Shown: piece after piece, positions 1 through 13,100 of the stretch
Layout of the letters: each line of letters opens with the position of its first letter
How positions within the stretch are numbered: the stretch's first letter is position 1
Source: Candidatus Levyibacteriota bacterium
GTDB taxonomy: Bacteria > Patescibacteriota > Microgenomatia > Levybacterales > UBA12049
DNA length: 52,511 nucleotides
Direction of reading: 5' to 3'
Assembly: GCA_016199085.1 (NCBI GenBank)
Contig: JACQHJ010000008.1
Location: 1-52,511, forward strand
The notes under the pieces: generated by a model
What the model was told of the DNA's origin: nothing
Seen by the model: only the letters and a program-made list of their open reading frames with translations
The model's database searches: none
Made by a program: the position numbers and the translations under genes

Positions 1-1581
1 ATGTATAAGTTAGCGCTAGTTATAGGAATTTACTCATATCTTATTTTCTCACTTGGGGTAGCGGGACTTCTTTATAAGAATATTATTGCAATTTTGACCG
101 TTTTTTATTTTGTTTTTTTTGCAGTATTTTTTTTCAAAATTAAAAAGGTTTCCTTCCCCTTGGTAAACTTAGAAAAGCTAAGCAATTTTTCAAAAATATT
201 ACTTACACTTATTTTTATTCAAGTCGCGGTAAATTTTGTTGGAGTTGTTGGTCCGGAGATTTCCTTTGACGCTCTATGGTATCATCTAACACTCCCCAAG
301 CTTTATCTTGATAACCACGTTTTGTTTCATATCCCCGGAAATCTTCTGTATTACTCAGATATGCCAAAACTTATGGAAATGCTTTACGTAGGAACATTTT
401 CTTTCGGGGATGAAATCTTAGCCAAGTCTGTACATTTTGTTTTTGGAATCCTAACTCTATTTGCTATTTTCAAACTGTCAAGAAAATTCTTATCCGTTGA
501 ATATTCCCTCTTGTCGTGTCTTATATTTTACTCAAGCCTTGTGGTCTCTTGGATATCAATTGCTGCATACGTGGATTTGGCAAGCGCGTTTTTTGAGACA
601 GTGGCAATGCTTACGTTTCTTTCGTTTATTGAGACAAAAGACAAGAAACTTTTTTTTAGCTCCTCGGTTATGTTGGGCTTGGCGATTACGACAAAACTGA
701 TTTCACTTTTGTCTCTTTCAATCTACATAGTGTTAATTTGGTATGTGCTTAGAAAACGTAAAGAAGACATTGGACAGGTTTTAAAAAATGTTTTTCTTTT
801 TATTTGCGTATCAGTTCTTATAGCAGCACCTTGGTTTATATTTTCTTATTTAAATACGGGTAATCCTGTTTATCCGTTTTTTTCTATAGATCTAGGTCAA
901 AAACTGGATTTAAATATTTTTAATTACTTAAAGCAGTTTATTTTTGCACCTGATCCCATAAACATTTTCTACTTAATAAGTCTTCCCTTAATAGCCATAG
1001 GTTTTAAAAAAGCTGATAGGAAAACCACCCCCTTATATATTTATCTGGCTGTATCTTTGGTAATCTGGTTTCTTACGTATTCTATCGGAGGAAGCAGGTT
1101 TTTTGTTGCCTATCTTGGAGTTTTTTCAATTCTTTCAGCTAAATCTATTGAGAGGATTAAAGACAAATATCTAAAACTCTACTTGTTATCTATCGTTATC
1201 TTTATTTCAATAATTTCGATAGGGTATAGGGGACTGGCAAATTCTAAATACCTGCCGGTAGTTTTGAAAAGCCAGTCTAGAGAGGAGTTTCTAACTAAAA
1301 ACTTAAACTTTAATTTTGGAGATTTTTATGACAGTGATAATTACTTCAAAGAAAACATCAAGACAACAGACAAAGTTTTGCTATACGGATTTCATAATCT
1401 TTACTATGTTGAGTTTCCCTTTATTGACTCGTCATTTGTAAAAAAAGGGAATAAATTTAATTATGTGGCTACTCAAAACACGCAAATTCCTCAAAGGTTT
1501 TCCAACTGGAAACTAATCCATTATAATAAGACGACAAACGTTAAGCTTTATACTTTAGACAAAAAGATATGGGAATATTAA
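1..1581 (+). CDS. Polytopic membrane GT-C fold glycosyltransferase (family 39/ArnT-like)
   Basis: 526 aa with many TM segments; early loop 'FDALWYHL' and later 'GNPVYPF' motifs typical of these membrane glycosyltransferases. Confidence 0.65.
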   Translation: MYKLALVIGIYSYLIFSLGVAGLLYKNIIAILTVFYFVFFAVFFFKIKKVSFPLVNLEKLSNFSKILLTLIFIQVAVNFVGVVGPEISFDALWYHLTLPKLYLDNHVLFHIPGNLLYYSDMPKLMEMLYVGTFSFGDEILAKSVHFVFGILTLFAIFKLSRKFLSVEYSLLSCLIFYSSLVVSWISIAAYVDLASAFFETVAMLTFLSFIETKDKKLFFSSSVMLGLAITTKLISLLSLSIYIVLIWYVLRKRKEDIGQVLKNVFLFICVSVLIAAPWFIFSYLNTGNPVYPFFSIDLGQKLDLNIFNYLKQFIFAPDPINIFYLISLPLIAIGFKKADRKTTPLYIYLAVSLVIWFLTYSIGGSRFFVAYLGVFSILSAKSIERIKDKYLKLYLLSIVIFISIISIGYRGLANSKYLPVVLKSQSREEFLTKNLNFNFGDFYDSDNYFKENIKTTDKVLLYGFHNLYYVEFPFIDSSFVKKGNKFNYVATQNTQIPQRFSNWKLIHYNKTTNVKLYTLDKKIWEY

Positions 1582-2771
1582 ATTATTTGATCATTTTCCT
1601 CTTACTTATCTTTCCTATTGCAGAACTTGGAAAAATTCAATTAGGAGCTGTTTCATTTAGTCTAAACGACATAGCGTTTCTTACGGTTGCAACGGTCTGG
1701 GTGATTGTTGATTATAAAAAGATTAATAGAATAAAATTCAATCTTCTTAAGCCTATACTTTTATTTTCCGCAGTTGGTTTGTTTCCTCTTTTAATAAACT
1801 CCTTAAGTCTTACGCCCAATTCATTTTTTGTTTCACTTCTCTATTTAGTCAGATGGGTTTTGTATTCGTCAATTTATTTTGTTTTGATGACAAGGGATAA
1901 AAAATTTCTTGAACAGTTTAAATATCTGTTAGTTATCCCTATATCTCTATTTCTACTTATCGGTTTTGTCCAATTCTTTTATTACCCAAGTCTTGCCAAT
2001 CTTTTTTATCTTGGCTGGGACGAGCATTTGTACCGACTTTTTTCAAGTTTTCTTGATCCAAACTTTGCCGGAACATTTTTTGTAATTACTTTTCTATATC
2101 TTTCTTATTTATCCTGGGAAACATACAAAAAGAAAAAAACAAATAAAACAATTTTGCTTTCAATCATTTCGCTTATAAATTTAATAACGATTTATCTTAC
2201 ATACTCAAGAAGTGCTTTGATAATGCTTTTGGTAAGTACGACGACATTTTTGGTTTTAACAAAGAAATTAAAACTCGTTGGGTTTGTACTGGCAGCTCTT
2301 ATTCTTTTTATTTTTATCTCACCAAAATCTTTCCAGACAGAGGGCACCAATCTTTTAAGAATTGCCTCAGGACAGGCAAGAATAGAATCCGCAAATGATG
2401 CGCTTAAGATTATTTCGCAAAATCCGGTCTTTGGAGTAGGTTTCAACGCTTACAGATATGCCCAGTACAAATACACAAATCTTACTGATGCAAAATGGGA
2501 AACGACTCATTCGGGAGCGGGAACTGACAACAGCTTCTTATTTGTCCTTGCTACTACAGGAGTCGTTGGATTTGTGATCTACATATACCTTCTTTATAGA
2601 ATATTTATATTGGGCAGGGACAAGTCGAAAAATCCGGTATCGATTGTGCTTATATCAGTTCTAGCCGGTCTTTTGGTAAACAGTTTTTTCATAAACAGCC
2701 TTTTCTATGTCTATATTCTGGAGTGGATTTGGATTTTAGCTGCTCTAACCGAAGCTACTGAGAATAATTAA
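1569..2771 (+). CDS. O-antigen ligase/polymerase family membrane protein
   Basis: Multi-TM; 'RLFSSFLDPNFAG', 'LTYSRSA', 'NPVFGVGFN', 'DNSFL...TTGVVG' match the Wzy_C/WaaL pattern. Confidence 0.75.
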   Translation: MGILNYLIIFLLLIFPIAELGKIQLGAVSFSLNDIAFLTVATVWVIVDYKKINRIKFNLLKPILLFSAVGLFPLLINSLSLTPNSFFVSLLYLVRWVLYSSIYFVLMTRDKKFLEQFKYLLVIPISLFLLIGFVQFFYYPSLANLFYLGWDEHLYRLFSSFLDPNFAGTFFVITFLYLSYLSWETYKKKKTNKTILLSIISLINLITIYLTYSRSALIMLLVSTTTFLVLTKKLKLVGFVLAALILFIFISPKSFQTEGTNLLRIASGQARIESANDALKIISQNPVFGVGFNAYRYAQYKYTNLTDAKWETTHSGAGTDNSFLFVLATTGVVGFVIYIYLLYRIFILGRDKSKNPVSIVLISVLAGLLVNSFFINSLFYVYILEWIWILAALTEATENN

Positions 2772-3468
2772 CCTTCAGGGTTTTTTCCGTTCTGTTTCCT
2801 GCTGAATCCTCAGCTACAATTTTGATTTCATTATCTCCGTCATGAAGAGGCAGGACATATGAGAAATTATTGTCATCGTTTATCACGGCAAAGAATCCGT
2901 TGACCGTAACGGTTGCTCCGCCGTCAGTTTGTCCTTTAACCTCGACAGATTTATCCTCTTTTTTAAATGATGCGCCGTCGCTTGGGTTTGATATATCAAG
3001 TTTTGGAGCAGTCTTTTTGTACAAGACCGTATATTGGTTTGAAAGATCGCTCTTTTTATCCCTGACTACAGCTCTTGTTGAAATTACGTTATCTCCAAGA
3101 CGCAGGTCCTGCTCAAACCTGAAGCTTCCGTCTTCTTCGGTGTCTGTCTCATCGACTTTTCGGCTGTTTATAAATAGTTCAATTTTAGTATCCTTTTGGG
3201 AAAGACCCGTAATAATCATCGAAGCGCTGTTGGTAGCGGGTACTAGGGGGTTTAAGACCGGAGCCGCAACAAAGTTTATCGCATTTTGATTTCCGTTTAA
3301 GCCTGCATCTCCGCCTTTTCCGGAAAGAAACAAGCTGAAACTGATCAAAGTGGAAATGCCGAATTTAAAAAGAATAAAAAGAACAATGATAATTCCAATG
3401 ATGCTTAAAATCATTGTCTTTCTTGTCTTTTTCTGTAGCGTCTGATTTAGTCTTGATCGTCTTCTCAT
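2755..3468 (-). CDS. Membrane-anchored protein with two Ig-like beta-sandwich domains
   Basis: Basic N-terminus, one TM helix, then beta-rich repeats 'LRLGDNVI' and 'LHDGDNEIKIVAEDSAGN'. Confidence 0.6.
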   Translation of the reverse strand: MRRRSRLNQTLQKKTRKTMILSIIGIIIVLFILFKFGISTLISFSLFLSGKGGDAGLNGNQNAINFVAAPVLNPLVPATNSASMIITGLSQKDTKIELFINSRKVDETDTEEDGSFRFEQDLRLGDNVISTRAVVRDKKSDLSNQYTVLYKKTAPKLDISNPSDGASFKKEDKSVEVKGQTDGGATVTVNGFFAVINDDNNFSYVLPLHDGDNEIKIVAEDSAGNRTEKTLKVNYSQ

Positions 3469-3471
3469 CTC

Positions 3472-4026
3472 TTATTTAACATTTTTATACATATATATAT
3501 GATCAACGTATCCATTTTTTAATTTTACCCCTTTTGGTAATCTTCCTTCTTCAATAAAACCAAATTCTCTGTATAAATTATATGCTAAGCTGTTATTTGA
3601 AAATACACCAAGCAAAAGTATCTCAAGTTCTTCTAGGTTAACGATAGCTTCATTTATTACATTTTTCAAAAGTAGTCTGCCTATGCCTTCGCCTCTAAAG
3701 TTTTTTGCAATTGAAATACCCATAAGTCCGACATGTTTTTGAGTCCTTTGACCTAGATACACATTGGAAATTCCAATTAGGCTTCTGCCAGAAAAGACTA
3801 AGAGATGAACGCCTTTTTTGTCTTTTATCTTTTGCAGGAAACCTTTAAGATGTTTAATCTCTTCTTCTAGGGTAACTTGCTCACCTTGAAAGGTGATGAA
3901 AGTTTTCTCTTTGGACAATGTGTTTATATAATCCATCATTTGCTTAGCATCCTTTTTGTTTGGATACCTAATTATAATTTCAGTTCCTTTTTTAGATTTA
4001 CCTTGAAAAATAATTTTATCTTTCAT
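3472..4026 (-). CDS. GNAT family N-acetyltransferase
   Basis: Acetyl-CoA motif 'FRGEGIGRLLL' and 'N..AYNLY..FGF.EEG'. Confidence 0.85.
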   Translation of the reverse strand: MKDKIIFQGKSKKGTEIIIRYPNKKDAKQMMDYINTLSKEKTFITFQGEQVTLEEEIKHLKGFLQKIKDKKGVHLLVFSGRSLIGISNVYLGQRTQKHVGLMGISIAKNFRGEGIGRLLLKNVINEAIVNLEELEILLLGVFSNNSLAYNLYREFGFIEEGRLPKGVKLKNGYVDHIYMYKNVK

Positions 4027-4030
4027 AATG

Positions 4031-4102
4031 AGCCGAAGGTGAGATTCGGACTCACGACTTGCTCTTTACGAAAGAGCTACTCTACCACTGAGTTACTTCG
4101 GC
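4031..4102 (-). tRNA. tRNA-Thr(CGT)
   Basis: Cloverleaf on the minus strand: acceptor GCCGAAG/CTTCGGC, anticodon arm GCTCT-TTCGTAA-AGAGC, T-loop TCCGAAT; CCA not encoded. Confidence 0.9.
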
Positions 4103-4152
4103 AGTATGCTTATTTTATGAAATAAAAGATAAAAGAGCAAGAAAGAGAGGGA

Positions 4153-4568
4153 TTACTTACTGACTATTCTTTTGTGTTTTGTGGCAACCTTAAGTTCTAG
4201 AAGTGCTTTCCTAAGTTCTGCATTGGCAATTCTGAAGTCCTGGCCGGTTGCTTTGTCTTTCATTGCTTTCTGCGCTCTCTCTTGGGCTTCCTTTGCCCTA
4301 CCTACTTCTATGTCTTCGGCTCTGACTGCATAATCCGCCAAAATGCTGACTTTGTCTTTTGAAACTTCCAAAAACCCTCCGAAAACTGCAAACCCTTGGG
4401 ATCTGTTGCCCTTTTTGGTGATCATCTCTCCTGCAACAACCTTCGTTACCAGATTAACGTGTCCCGGAAGAATCGTTATCTCACCGTTAGCCGTTGGAAG
4501 AGTAATTTGATCCACCTCTTCGTCCATTACAGTAGCTGTTGGGGTGATTAGTTTTAATTGTAGTGACA

Positions 4569-4569
<1 letters not shown>
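4153..4569 (-). CDS. atpC: ATP synthase F1 epsilon subunit
   Basis: 'LPTANGEITILPGH', 'GGFLEV'; last gene of the atp operon. Confidence 0.95.
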
Positions 4570-6807
<2,238 letters not shown>

Positions 6808-6810
6808 AAT

Positions 6811-8334
6811 TTAAACTTTAAACATTTTCTTAAATTCTAAAATGCTTTTATCAATTTTTTTAAGTAGGTCTTCGCTTGGTTTTTGGCCGTTATCTAAAGT
6901 ATCGATAATATTTTGATATTTTCTCTTCATAAACTCATGGTACTGATTCTCAAAACGTAAAATTGCCTCAAGTGGGGTATCATCAAGACTTCCGCTGGTT
7001 GCAAGATAGATACTTAAGTATTCCAGTCCTTCGGAAAGAGGTTGGTATTGCGGTTGTTTTAGGATTTCGATTGTTCTTTTGCCTCTTTCAAGCTGCTTTG
7101 AGGTTTCTTCGTCAAGTTCTGAGCCAAACTGGGCAAAAGCAGCCAAGTTGTTGTATTGGGCGATCTCAAGTCTCATCTTGCTCGCGACTGATTTCATTGA
7201 AGAAGTCTGGGCTGCTCCACCGACTCTTGAAACAGAATTGCCAGGATCAATAGCTGGCCTAATTCCGCTATAGAAAAGATCTGTCTGGAAGAAAATCTGC
7301 CCGTCGGTTATGGATATGACATTGGTTGGGATATAGGCCGAGAGGTCGTTTGCCTGAGTTTCAATAATGGGAAGAGCTGTAATTGAGCCGTTTCCGTTTT
7401 GCTTATTCATCTTAACCGCTCTTTCCAAAAGTCTACTATGAAGATAGAAGATGTCGCCGGGATATGCCTCGCGTCCCGCAGGTCTTCTTAAGACCAAGCT
7501 GATCTGCCTGTATGCCCAGGCGTGTTTTGTTAAGTCGTCATAGACTACCAAAACGTCGTTTCCTTTTTCCATGAAATATTCGGCAATAGCTACTCCTGCA
7601 TATGGAGCAAGATAGAGAAGGGAAGCAGCATCAGATGCGCTTGCGACAACTATAGTTGTATAGTCTATTGCTCCTGTTTCTTTGAGTTTTTCAACAACCT
7701 GGGCGATTGTACTTTGTTTTTGACCGATGGCTACGTAGACGCAGTAAACGGGTTTTTGTCCTTTTTTGTGAGTCCCCTTTTGGTTTATGATTGCATCGAT
7801 TGCAACTGCGGTTTTTCCCGTACCCCTGTCTCCGATAATTAATTCTCTTTGTCCTCTTCCGATTGGGATCATTGCATCAATTGGCTTAATGCCCGTTTTT
7901 AAAGGAGTATTAACAGGTTCTCTTTCAACAACTCCTGCCGCAATTTTTTCCAAAGGCATGTCTTTTCCTTTTTTAATTTTCACTTTTCCGTCTTTTGTTT
8001 CACCTAAGGGATTTACGACTCTTCCTAAAATATCTTCAGAGACGTTGATTGATAATAGCTTTCCTGTCTTTTTAATTTCGTCGCCTTCTTCTATGTGATC
8101 CGACTTTTCCAAAGCAATGATAGAGACGCTGTCTTCGTCAAGGTTTAGAACTGTGCCAAGGGTTTTATCAGAAAACTCAACTAGTTCTCCCATTTGGGCA
8201 AGGGAGAGCCCGGTTGCAACAATAACACCGTCGGTGTTTTTAACAACACGTCCGACGTTTTTGACCTCTAATCTTTGGTCAAAAGATTCAAGCTTTTTCT
8301 CAAGACTTTTAATTATTTCATCAGGATTTTTCAT
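6811..8334 (-). CDS. atpA: ATP synthase F1 alpha subunit
   Basis: 'GRGQRELIIGDRGTGKT', 'GREAYPGD'. Confidence 0.98.
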   Translation of the reverse strand: MKNPDEIIKSLEKKLESFDQRLEVKNVGRVVKNTDGVIVATGLSLAQMGELVEFSDKTLGTVLNLDEDSVSIIALEKSDHIEEGDEIKKTGKLLSINVSEDILGRVVNPLGETKDGKVKIKKGKDMPLEKIAAGVVEREPVNTPLKTGIKPIDAMIPIGRGQRELIIGDRGTGKTAVAIDAIINQKGTHKKGQKPVYCVYVAIGQKQSTIAQVVEKLKETGAIDYTTIVVASASDAASLLYLAPYAGVAIAEYFMEKGNDVLVVYDDLTKHAWAYRQISLVLRRPAGREAYPGDIFYLHSRLLERAVKMNKQNGNGSITALPIIETQANDLSAYIPTNVISITDGQIFFQTDLFYSGIRPAIDPGNSVSRVGGAAQTSSMKSVASKMRLEIAQYNNLAAFAQFGSELDEETSKQLERGKRTIEILKQPQYQPLSEGLEYLSIYLATSGSLDDTPLEAILRFENQYHEFMKRKYQNIIDTLDNGQKPSEDLLKKIDKSILEFKKMFKV

Positions 8335-8341
8335 AACTAAT

Positions 8342-8689
8342 TTATTCGCTTATATGCTTTATTAGGTTTTCTAATTTGTTTTTAAGATTTAATTCATAGA
8401 TATTGTCAAAATCTGCGATTTTAATTCCTGCCAAAAGAGATTTATCGTATTCTACGTAAACTTTCTTGGGAAAGAAAATTTTTTCAAAATGTTTTTTTAA
8501 ATCCTTTGTTTTATCTGTTGTGACACTAACCAAAACAGTGTTTTGCATTTCGAATAACTTCAACGCTTTAATATACTCCCTAAGCTCGCTTTTCTTAAGA
8601 TATTTTACGATCTTTGCGACTTTATCTTCGTCTAAATTTCCTTTTGTATAACTTGCCAAAACAAGCTTTCTTAATAACTTTTTATCCAT
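8342..8689 (-). CDS. atpH: ATP synthase delta subunit, short form
   Basis: Lies between atpF and atpA; C-terminal 'DKSLLAGIKI...YELNLKNKLENL' is OSCP/delta-like; only 115 aa. Confidence 0.8.
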   Translation of the reverse strand: MDKKLLRKLVLASYTKGNLDEDKVAKIVKYLKKSELREYIKALKLFEMQNTVLVSVTTDKTKDLKKHFEKIFFPKKVYVEYDKSLLAGIKIADFDNIYELNLKNKLENLIKHISE

Positions 8690-8690
8690 T

Positions 8691-9194
8691 TTAGTTTACT
8701 TTCTTTATTTGTTTAACTGCCTTTTGGACAATTTCTTTCTGCTCAGATTCCGTTAACATTCCCTGCAAGGATTTGGTAAGCATGTCTGCTGCCAATACGC
8801 TTACTTTCTCCATTAAGGCTTTTTCCATTTGTCTTGTATCCTGGTCCAACTGTGTTCTCATCTGAGTTAACATTTTTTCAGCCTGGACTTTTGCCTCTTC
8901 CTGGATATTTGAAGCAATTTGCCTTGACTCCTCTTTTGTTTCTTCAATAATTTTCTTTGCCTCGTCCTGGGCTTTGGTTAAGATTTTCTTTTCATCTACT
9001 AAAGTTTTTTCCATTAGTTCTTGAGCCTCCTGTGCCTGTTTTAAGCCAAGAGTGATTTTATCCTCTCTTTTTTTCACCATATCCATAACAGGCTTATATA
9101 AAAAGCGTTTTAATAAATAGAATATGATTAAGAAATTTAGAATTTGAGCCCCTAGCATAATTGGATCAAATCCTAGAGATTTTAAAAATTCCAT
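8691..9194 (-). CDS. atpF: ATP synthase F0 subunit b
   Basis: N-terminal TM 'QILNFLIIFYLLKRFLYKP' followed by a coiled coil. Confidence 0.93.
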   Translation of the reverse strand: MEFLKSLGFDPIMLGAQILNFLIIFYLLKRFLYKPVMDMVKKREDKITLGLKQAQEAQELMEKTLVDEKKILTKAQDEAKKIIEETKEESRQIASNIQEEAKVQAEKMLTQMRTQLDQDTRQMEKALMEKVSVLAADMLTKSLQGMLTESEQKEIVQKAVKQIKKVN

Positions 9195-9200
9195 ATGTTT

Positions 9201-9407
9201 TTATCCTATGAAAGCAAAAATTAAGGAATAGATGGCAATAGCTTCTGCGAATGCCATTCCTAAAAGCATTGCTGGAAGAATTTTTCCCGACGCTTCAGGG
9301 TTTCTTCCAATTGCTTCCATTGCTTTTGCACCGATAAGGCCGATAGCAAGAGCTGCCATTTGTCCTCCGATTGCTATGATTAAACCTCCGGAAATACTAA
9401 ATTCCAC
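9201..9407 (-). CDS. atpE: ATP synthase F0 subunit c
   Basis: Two TM helices with loop 'GRNPEA' and essential Glu in 'AFAEAIAIY'; GTG start after SD AAGGAGGTG. Confidence 0.95.
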   Translation of the reverse strand: MEFSISGGLIIAIGGQMAALAIGLIGAKAMEAIGRNPEASGKILPAMLLGMAFAEAIAIYSLIFAFIG

Positions 9408-10144
9408 TAGTGACTCACCTCCTTTGCGTGTGTTTTATGCGACGTCATCAAAATTGCCATAAATGCCATTGTCAGCATTGCAAAAACCAATGCCTGAACA
9501 AGTCCTACGACTACTTCAAGCATCAAAAAGGGGAGTGGAAATAAAATTGCAACCATTGAAGAAACTGTTCCCAAAACTATCTCTCCTGCAAAAATATTAC
9601 CAAAAAGCCTAAAAGATAAAGATATCATTTTCGTGATTTCTGAAATGATTTCAAGAAACCCTATAAAAAGGTTAATCGGATTTAAGGAAAAGTACCTGGA
9701 AAGATAATCGAAAATTCCGATGGTTCTGATTGAAAGAATATGTGTTGCTACAACTGACACAAGGGCAAGTCCGAGCGTTGCGTTAAAGTCACTTGTTGCA
9801 GGTCTAAGTAGGGGAATGAGGCCGTGCTCTTCCCTAATTCCTATTGCTGAGATCCCAGGAATAAGCCCTGTCCAGTTTGCTATAAGGATGAATATAAAAA
9901 AAGTCATAAAAAAGGGAAAGATTTTGGCTGCGTTTGTCCCTGCAACAGATTCAGTTATATTATAAAACTCTGAAATTATAGACTCTGTTACGGTTTGGAG
10001 CTTTCCCGGGATAAGACTGAGTTTTTTTCTGACTGAAAAAATAAGCCCCACTATAATTGCGTCTACTAGAAAAGTATCCAAAAATGAATTTGTAATGGCA
10101 AAATTGCCAATATAAACAATAGGTTCTGCTGCAAAAGAAACCAT
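9407..10144 (-). CDS. atpB: ATP synthase F0 subunit a
   Basis: 'SLSFRLFGNIFAGE', 'VQALVFAML'. Confidence 0.96.
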   Translation of the reverse strand: MVSFAAEPIVYIGNFAITNSFLDTFLVDAIIVGLIFSVRKKLSLIPGKLQTVTESIISEFYNITESVAGTNAAKIFPFFMTFFIFILIANWTGLIPGISAIGIREEHGLIPLLRPATSDFNATLGLALVSVVATHILSIRTIGIFDYLSRYFSLNPINLFIGFLEIISEITKMISLSFRLFGNIFAGEIVLGTVSSMVAILFPLPFLMLEVVVGLVQALVFAMLTMAFMAILMTSHKTHAKEVSH

Positions 10145-10177
10145 GTTTCTAATTTTACAGGGAAAATTAGCTTTACG

Positions 10178-13100
10178 TCAAGAAGAAAAAGATGTAAAAG
10201 CCTGTATTTTATCTGCAATTATAACGGGTTTGTCGTTTTTAGTATCAATTTTTCCTGTAATCAGGACTACGTTTTCTTTGGCCAGAATACTTTTATACAT
10301 GTCAAAGACTTTGGGAAAAATAACACACTCGATTAAGTTTCCGTTTTCATTACCGATCGTTATAAAAGCCATCTCTTTGCCTGATTTTTTGGTAAAGATT
10401 CTTCTAATTGTTTCAATTATTCCGCCAATTACAACTGTTTCGCTCGTTTTTTCTTCTTCAAGCGTTGCAATCTCGTGGGTGATTTGGGCCTTTATGGAAA
10501 TTAAATTGTCCATCTGTGGGTGGGCTGTTAAATAAAAGCCTAAAAATTCTTTTTCAAATGCAAGTTTTTCGTTTTGGGAAAATTCTTCGATCTCAACGGA
10601 TGTTATAGAAGAAAATGAAACACTAGCGTCATCATCGTCTCCAAAAAGGCTTCCCTGTCCGCTACTTCCTTCTTTTTTCTTTTTAGATGCCTTATCTACG
10701 ATTTCAGGATAATCCATTAAAAGCTTGGCTCTTTTGCCAAACCTGTCCATTGCCCCGGCTTTTATCAGGCTTTCAACGGTTTTTTTATTGATCGTAGAAA
10801 GATCAATTCTTTGACAAAAGTCCTCAAAACTCTTAAAATCACCCTTATTTCTGTTTTCTAAAGTGTTTCTAATAGCTGCATCTCCGACATTTTTAATGGC
10901 TGAAAGTCCAAAACGGATTTTTGTATTTTCTTCAATGGAGAATTCAGAATCTGATTTATTAATATCGGGCGGAAGAACTTCCACATTTAATCTCTTGCAT
11001 TCCGCAACAGCCATTGATATTTTCTCATTTTTTACAGGTCCTGTTGTTCCTCTGGATTCAGCTGTCAGAAGGGCCGTCATAAACTCGACAGGGAAATTTG
11101 CTTTAAGGTACGCAGTCCTGAAGGCAATTGTCGCGTAACAGGCTGCATGTGCCTTTCCGAATCCATAGCCTGCAAAAGGCTCGAATAAAATCCAAAGATT
11201 TTCAGCTTTTTCTTTAGTCATTCCGTTTGCAACACATCCGTTTACGAAATTATCATGTTCTTTTTTCATTTCTGAAGGAATCTTTTTGCCTACAGCTTTT
11301 CGAAGCTTGTCAGCTGTTAGCCAGGAGTATCCTGCAACCTTGATGGCTGTTAAAAGCATATCGTCCTGGAAGGTAATAATTCCGTATGATTCTTTTAAAA
11401 CATCTTCAAGTCTTTCGTCAGGGTATTTGATAAGCTTTGGGTTGTTCTTTCTTTTAATAAACTCAGGGATATTGGCCATTGGGCCGGGTCTGTATAAAGC
11501 AACCATTGCCTGAAGATCAAAAATAGTTGTAGGCTTTAGCTCTTTGATGTATCTTCTCATTCCGGGAGATTCCAGCTGGAATATTCCGGTTGTCTCGCCG
11601 GAGGCTAAAAGCTTATATGTTTTTTCATCTTCAAAAGTTATCTTTGAAAAATCAATTGTCTTTCCCTCATTTATCTGAATAAATCTTAAAGCTTCCTGGA
11701 TGATGGTTAAATTCCTAAGTCCTAAAAAGTCAATTTTCAAAAGACCAACGCCTGAAAAATCTGCTCCTATTGAGTACATGTCATACTGGGTGATTATTTT
11801 TTCTCCGTTTGTTTCCCTCTGAAGCGGAGTATATTCTGTAATATCTTTATCAGCTATGACCACGCCTGCTGCGTGAACAGATGCGTGTCTTGCTACACCT
11901 TCAAGTTTCCTGGCAAGGTTTAGAATTCTTTTAGTGTCATCTTCCATCGTGTAGGCAATTTTAAGCTCTGGACTTTGTTCTAAGGCTTTATCAATAGTCA
12001 TTGCGTGTCCTTGCCAGCCCGGGGGAATCATCTTGGAAATTCGGTCAGGAATCGCATAAGGATAGCCCAATACTCTTCCTACGTCTCGCACAGATCCCCT
12101 TGCTTCCATTGTTCCGAAGGTGATAATTTGGGCAACCTTATCATGTCCATATTTTTGTCTTACATACTCGATTACTTCATCCCTTCTATTGTCTGCAAAA
12201 TCAAGGTCAATATCGGGAGGGGATGGGCGCATGGGGTTTAAAAATCTTTCAAAAGGAAGTTTGAAAAAGAGGGGATCGATGTCAGAAATAGAAAGAGCAT
12301 ATGAAACGATTGAACCGGCATTTGATCCTCTTCCCGGTCCTACTGTAATGCCTTGGGATTTAGCCCAGTTTACAAAGTCGGCTACAATTAAAATATAAGT
12401 TTCGTAGCCTTTGCCTAGAATTACAGATAGTTCATAGTCTGTTCTTTCCTTAATCTCTTTAGTGATTTCTTTGTACCTTTTCTTAAGTCCAACTTTTACT
12501 TTTTCTTTCATAACATCAGCCGGGGTTTTCCCTTTGGGGACTTCAAAGATAGGCATTATCCATTTGTCCAATGGAATTTCAACGTTGCAATCTCTAGCAA
12601 TTTTTATCGTGTTTTCAATTGCCTCAGGAGTCTGGACAAAAAGACCTGTCATTTCCTCTGGGGATTTAATGTAGAAATCAGGGGAGTCAATCATGGATAA
12701 TTTTCTATCCTTGTCTGCCATGAATGTTTGCGTTTGGATACAAAGTAAAGCTTCCTGGGCTTCGGCATCATCATGTTTTACATAATGATTGTCGTTGGTT
12801 GCAACCAAGGGAAGACCTAATTTTTGAGACATTTCAATAAGTTTTGGGTTGACAATATCTTGATCAGGGACATGGGCGTGTTTTTGAATTTCCAGATAAA
12901 AGTTGTCTTTTCCGAAGATTTCTAAAAGCTTCAAAGCTCTTTCTTCGGCCTGCTTTTCCTGGTTTCTTAAAAGAGGCTCTGTTACAAATCCGTTAACACA
13001 GGCCGTAAGGCAGATTAATCCTTCATGGTACTTTTCTAAAACTTCAAGGTCAGCTCTTGGTTTATAATAATATCCTTCAAGACCGGCAACAGAAATTACC

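Noticed and set aside
9201-9407. Na+-coupled ATP synthase
   Set aside because: The c subunit has E-A rather than the E-S/T of the Na+-binding signature, so H+ coupling is more likely.
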